From: the human T2T-CHM13v2.0 reference genome, Homo sapiens
Assembly (NCBI RefSeq): GCF_009914755.1
Contig: NC_060933.1
DNA length: 64,000 nucleotides
Strand: one strand, 5' to 3'
Shown: in pieces, positions 62,500 through 64,000 of the stretch
How the letters are laid out: each line of letters begins with the position of its first letter
Numbering within the stretch: the first letter of the stretch is position 1
Translations under genes and position numbers: made by a program
The notes under the pieces: model-generated
Database searches by the model: none
Told to the model about the DNA's origin: nothing
Seen by the model: the letters and a program-made list of their open reading frames with translations, nothing else

Positions 62500-62850
62500 A
62501 CTAGTTAATATGTATTAATGTAATATGTATTATGTATTAATGTTGACAGACACCATGCTACGTATTAAATGCTTTGTTCATTTCAGGCTCACAGTGCATC
62601 TTTGAGTTAGTACTATGAAAGGAAGTATAGCTTCATGTTTAGACTAACCAAGTCTGAGTTGTAATCCCAGCTCTAACACCCATCAACTGTGTGATCTTTG
62701 GAAAATATCTTAACCTGTCTATGCCTCAATTTTCTTACTTGTAAATGAGGAAGATAGTCCCTGTCTCATAATATTGCTACTATTAAATAAGTTTTCATAA
62801 AATTCTTAGAACACAGATTGACACATGGTAAATACAATATAAGACATTCT
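62500..62850. mobile_element. MIR remnants
   Basis: ..AATCCCAGCTCT..CTGTGTGATCTTTGGAAAA..CCTCAATTTTCTT..GTAAATG. Confidence 0.65.
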
Positions 62851-64000
62851 ATTACTGTTGGTATCCTTCAACAGTAGGTAAATTGAGATCTTCCACTGTC
62901 TCATGTAAAAGTTTCAGAAAGATGAGTTCCTCATCTGTCTGAAACCAAGCCTGTGTTCTTAAACACCCACCATAGCACTTCCCCCTGGCTGAAATTGAGG
63001 TTATAAAAACAGATTTCTCCAACTTCACAATATTTCCCTTGGTAATATCTGAAGGAATTTATTCTTGTTAAGGAGAGAGGGGTTTTAAGTGGTAAGGATA
63101 TTATTCAACCTGCTTACACTCAAGATCCCCTCAGACAGTAGAGAAAGAGCTCTTATTAATTGAGAGCCTACTAACAAAGATTCTGGACTAGACAATTCAT
63201 GCATTTATGCATTTTTTGAGTGTTTATAATTTAGTTTCCATCAAATCTCTTTAACATATTATTAAATACTTATTTTCTCCAGTATTAAAAGGCAAATATT
63301 GAGCATAAGATATGCTCAAAAAATAAATTAGAGATCAACACAGTAAACATGCTCCAGAAAAAGAGACTCTTTTCCATACTCTATGTATTTTTTAATTGAT
63401 CACCAACTATGTGAAAAGGGCTCTAATGGGGATTGAGGATGCAATGATGAAAAAAATAAATAATTATGTACCTAATGGAGCTTCCATTGTAGCTAGGATA
63501 AAAGATAAGACATAACTTCAAGTGTCATGTAAACAATCAAAGGGAAGAGTGCAATTACAAATGAGGACAGTTTTATTAGCCCTACTTTCCTGATGCATGA
63601 CTGAGACTATACAAAGAGGTAGGTTCTTTCCTGAACCACAACTTGGAGAAGGTATCCAGAGCGAGACTTGCTCACAGCATCTATCTGATTCCAGTGCTCT
63701 CCTAAGACCCAGCTGTTTCCTTCGTGGGAACTCAGTGCTCTGCTGCATCAAGAATACTCCCCTTCTTTCTGCTCTAACCAGATGGGGTCCATTTCTTATG
63801 GTTTTGACAATATTTTTGTTTTTCATTTCAATGACCTCTGAAGATATACCAAATTTCCCATTGTCTTTCCTAGAGTTTCAGAGAAGAAAGTACCACTCCT
63901 TCTTTATTTCATCAAAACTTTTCATCCCTAAAGCTTATTCTTCCTGTCTAACTGAAACTTTGTACCCTTCAGTCAACATGTCCCCTTCACCCAACCCAAC

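Overview
Hominoid, almost certainly human, genomic DNA from a class II olfactory-receptor family-1 cluster. I recognise it from memory as the 9q33 OR1H1P-OR1Q1-OR1B1 segment. It has three single-exon OR coding regions: OR1H1P (+, single frameshift), OR1Q1 (+, intact, 314 aa) and OR1B1 (-, carried here as a +1 frameshift allele in which an otherwise out-of-frame ATG becomes in-frame with the whole receptor). Most of the rest is transposable-element derived: a near full-length young L1PA element (5' end in the window, ORF0 inactivated), several truncated or twin-primed L1s, a HERVK9/HML-3 provirus fragment with its MER9 LTR, MaLR and ERV1 LTRs, Alus, MADE1, MIR/L2 and MER5. I found no prokaryotic-type system, CRISPR array or RNA gene. 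The most interesting signals are (i) the potentially self-rescuing OR1B1 frameshift allele, (ii) several locally templated insertions and repair patches, including an L1 patch with a de novo (CG)4 tract that replaces the 3' half of the provirus, (iii) an E-box-rich 17-bp minisatellite upstream of OR1H1P, and (iv) candidate O/E plus homeodomain OR regulatory elements. Repeat subfamily names and comparisons with the reference are from recall and need RepeatMasker or alignment confirmation.
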